Assembly: GCA_965655095.1 (NCBI GenBank) | Contig: OZ296651.1 | Coordinates: forward strand, 92,504,001 to 92,568,000 | DNA from: Haplodiscus bocki | Taxonomy: Eukaryota | Length of the DNA stretch: 64,000 nucleotides | Direction: 5' to 3' | In this document: positions 62,601 through 64,000 of the stretch, in pieces | How the letters are laid out: every line of letters begins with the position of its first letter | Numbering within the stretch: position 1 is the stretch's first letter | Position numbers and translations under genes: made by a program | The notes under the pieces: model-generated | The model's input: the letters and a program-made list of their open reading frames with translations, nothing else | Told to the model about the DNA's origin: nothing | The model's database searches: none

Positions 62601-62990
62601 TGCGAGCGATATTTGACAAGAAACTGTTGGAAACATTCACCAATACGCTACAAGAGAGCAAAAATCAATGTTTCTGCGCTTTAGATAGCTGAGATTGTGA
62701 GTGGACATTTCAAGCAACTTCAAAATGAAGCACCGGTGAAATACCTAAAACAACCACGTTTTCTCACACTTTGGAGCCATGAGGGTCAATTTGTTCAACA
62801 TACAGCAGAGCAGTTGCATAAAGGAAATCTCTCGACAACACCTTGCGTAAGGCATTCAACTGGTCAAGGTGGATGAATTTAATACCAAATAACTTAGAAC
62901 AATTAAGTTCGAGACATGTAAGAAAACATATCAATCTTAGTCATCAGCATATCGCAGATAATAAACACCTCTTATCCTTCTTTTTTTACA
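59640..62990 (+). mobile_element. Decayed CR1/L2-like LINE in a MED13 intron, antisense to the host gene
   Basis: ORF1-like APIIIKFVYFKDKNEIY. RT remnants RTISLLSSLGKVF, LKTGVPQGS and MFAEDT (decayed FADD), plus HIDYVKKKLNK. Numerous stops and frameshifts. Confidence 0.8.
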
Positions 62991-63787
62991 TTGATTTCGA
63001 AAATGCCTAATGGATTTTCAATTGCCAACTCTGGTTCCTTATGCTCAATCTTCGTCCTTTTTGGATATTCTAACCAGAACTTCACAAAACATTCTGACTT
63101 GTCAGTAGAGATAATAAATTCCAATAGGCATTTGGAACTATGATCGGAGATGTTACTGAGGCGTTTAAAATAGTAGAACAGCTGTCAAAAAAATTTCGAG
63201 AAGGGAAAAAGAATTGAGAAAAGTACTGTCACAAAGTGTCATGCTTAAAAAGTTGATTTATCAATTATGCCTTTTTAGGTTACGCCATGTTGTAGCCCAG
63301 TTTTTAAGAGCATTGCATTGTAAGGAACGCAAAAATAAAAAAATTAGCATCCTAAATCAAGTTAGCTGTTTTCTCCCAAGTTTTCAAAATTTCGTTTTCA
63401 TTTCAGGAAAAAACTTTTTGTTCAATAAAAACCCTATTTTCGTAAATGTTTAAGAAACCCTACTAATTCATTCTCATCCTGTAGCAAATTTTCGATAATG
63501 TGGTCATAAAAACCGTAAAGAAAAAAACGCACGCGGCGAGAGCATAAATTACAAGTAACAGTTGAATGTCTCAAAAGAGGCCGCTTTCGAACGTTTTCAC
63601 TACATCATAAACTGATAACGTCAAAAAAATTGAACAGGACAAAAAAAACAGTGTAAAAGCCGATTTGATTACAAATTCTTATTTTCAGTCGGAATGTTTA
63701 AAAATATATACTACTAAATCCCATGACAGGAAAAACTTGACCTCTATATACCTTACAACGGAACCAGTAAATGTATACTGGACTAAC

Positions 63788-64000
63788 GGTAGTAGTGTTA
63801 GCTGAAGTAGGCATGACGAGAACGTGTGTAGCTGAGACTTCGCGAGTGGGAGAGAAGCCAAGGTGGGAAAGAGGGAATCCAGAGGAGCTGGAAAGAGATG
63901 ACTGGCTGCCTTTCTTGGAAGAGCTCCCTGTCTCTGGACCGAAGGTGGGCGTACCTTGAGGATCTGAAGCATTATCATTCCAAACAATACGCGATGTACA
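63788..64000 (-). CDS. MED13: MED13 internal exon (5' boundary at or beyond the window edge, or at 63963)
   Basis: Open frame ending SATHVLVMPTSANTTT, compared with MED13 THILVFPTSA. Donor gttagt, phase 0. Confidence 0.8.

Noticed and set aside
63685-63987. Listed 100-aa and 62-aa ORFs at the right edge
   Set aside because: They are alternative frames overlapping the MED13 exon, whose frame carries the conserved THVLVMPTSA motif.

Overview
AT-rich, transposon-dense eukaryotic (invertebrate animal) genomic DNA with one 200-N gap. The repeat style suggests an acoel worm, but that is an unverified impression. Three conserved host genes run head-to-tail on the minus strand: the 3' end of MED13 (three exons, stop at 58307), a CDS-intronless ARL1 (40584-41129), and the 5' half of splicing factor SF1/BBP (six in-phase exons, 28340 to 7415, continuing past the left edge). 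Eight tandem copies of a ~2085-bp unit (41667-58348) separate MED13 from ARL1. Each unit carries the last codons of MED13 and most of the ancestral intergenic DNA. The SF1 introns hold Polinton/Maverick-like endogenous viral DNA: AGTAGT-ended termini with 29-bp subterminal repeats, a pPolB fragment, and a ~2 x 2.9-kb palindrome. The best candidate for an undescribed system is the cargo of these elements, a cluster of small intronless genes that look like host manipulators. It includes an open secreted EGF-like growth-factor ORF (4090-4344), a decayed KEN-box/RxL-motif protein, a tandem Cys-rich protein and two RVxF (PP1-docking) ORFs. Also present are a decayed copia-like protease/integrase, two decayed CR1/L2-like LINEs, two families of AACAAG...hairpin non-autonomous elements (some with tRNA-like units) and a 297-bp fold-back element. 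All calls come from manual reading; no database searches were run.
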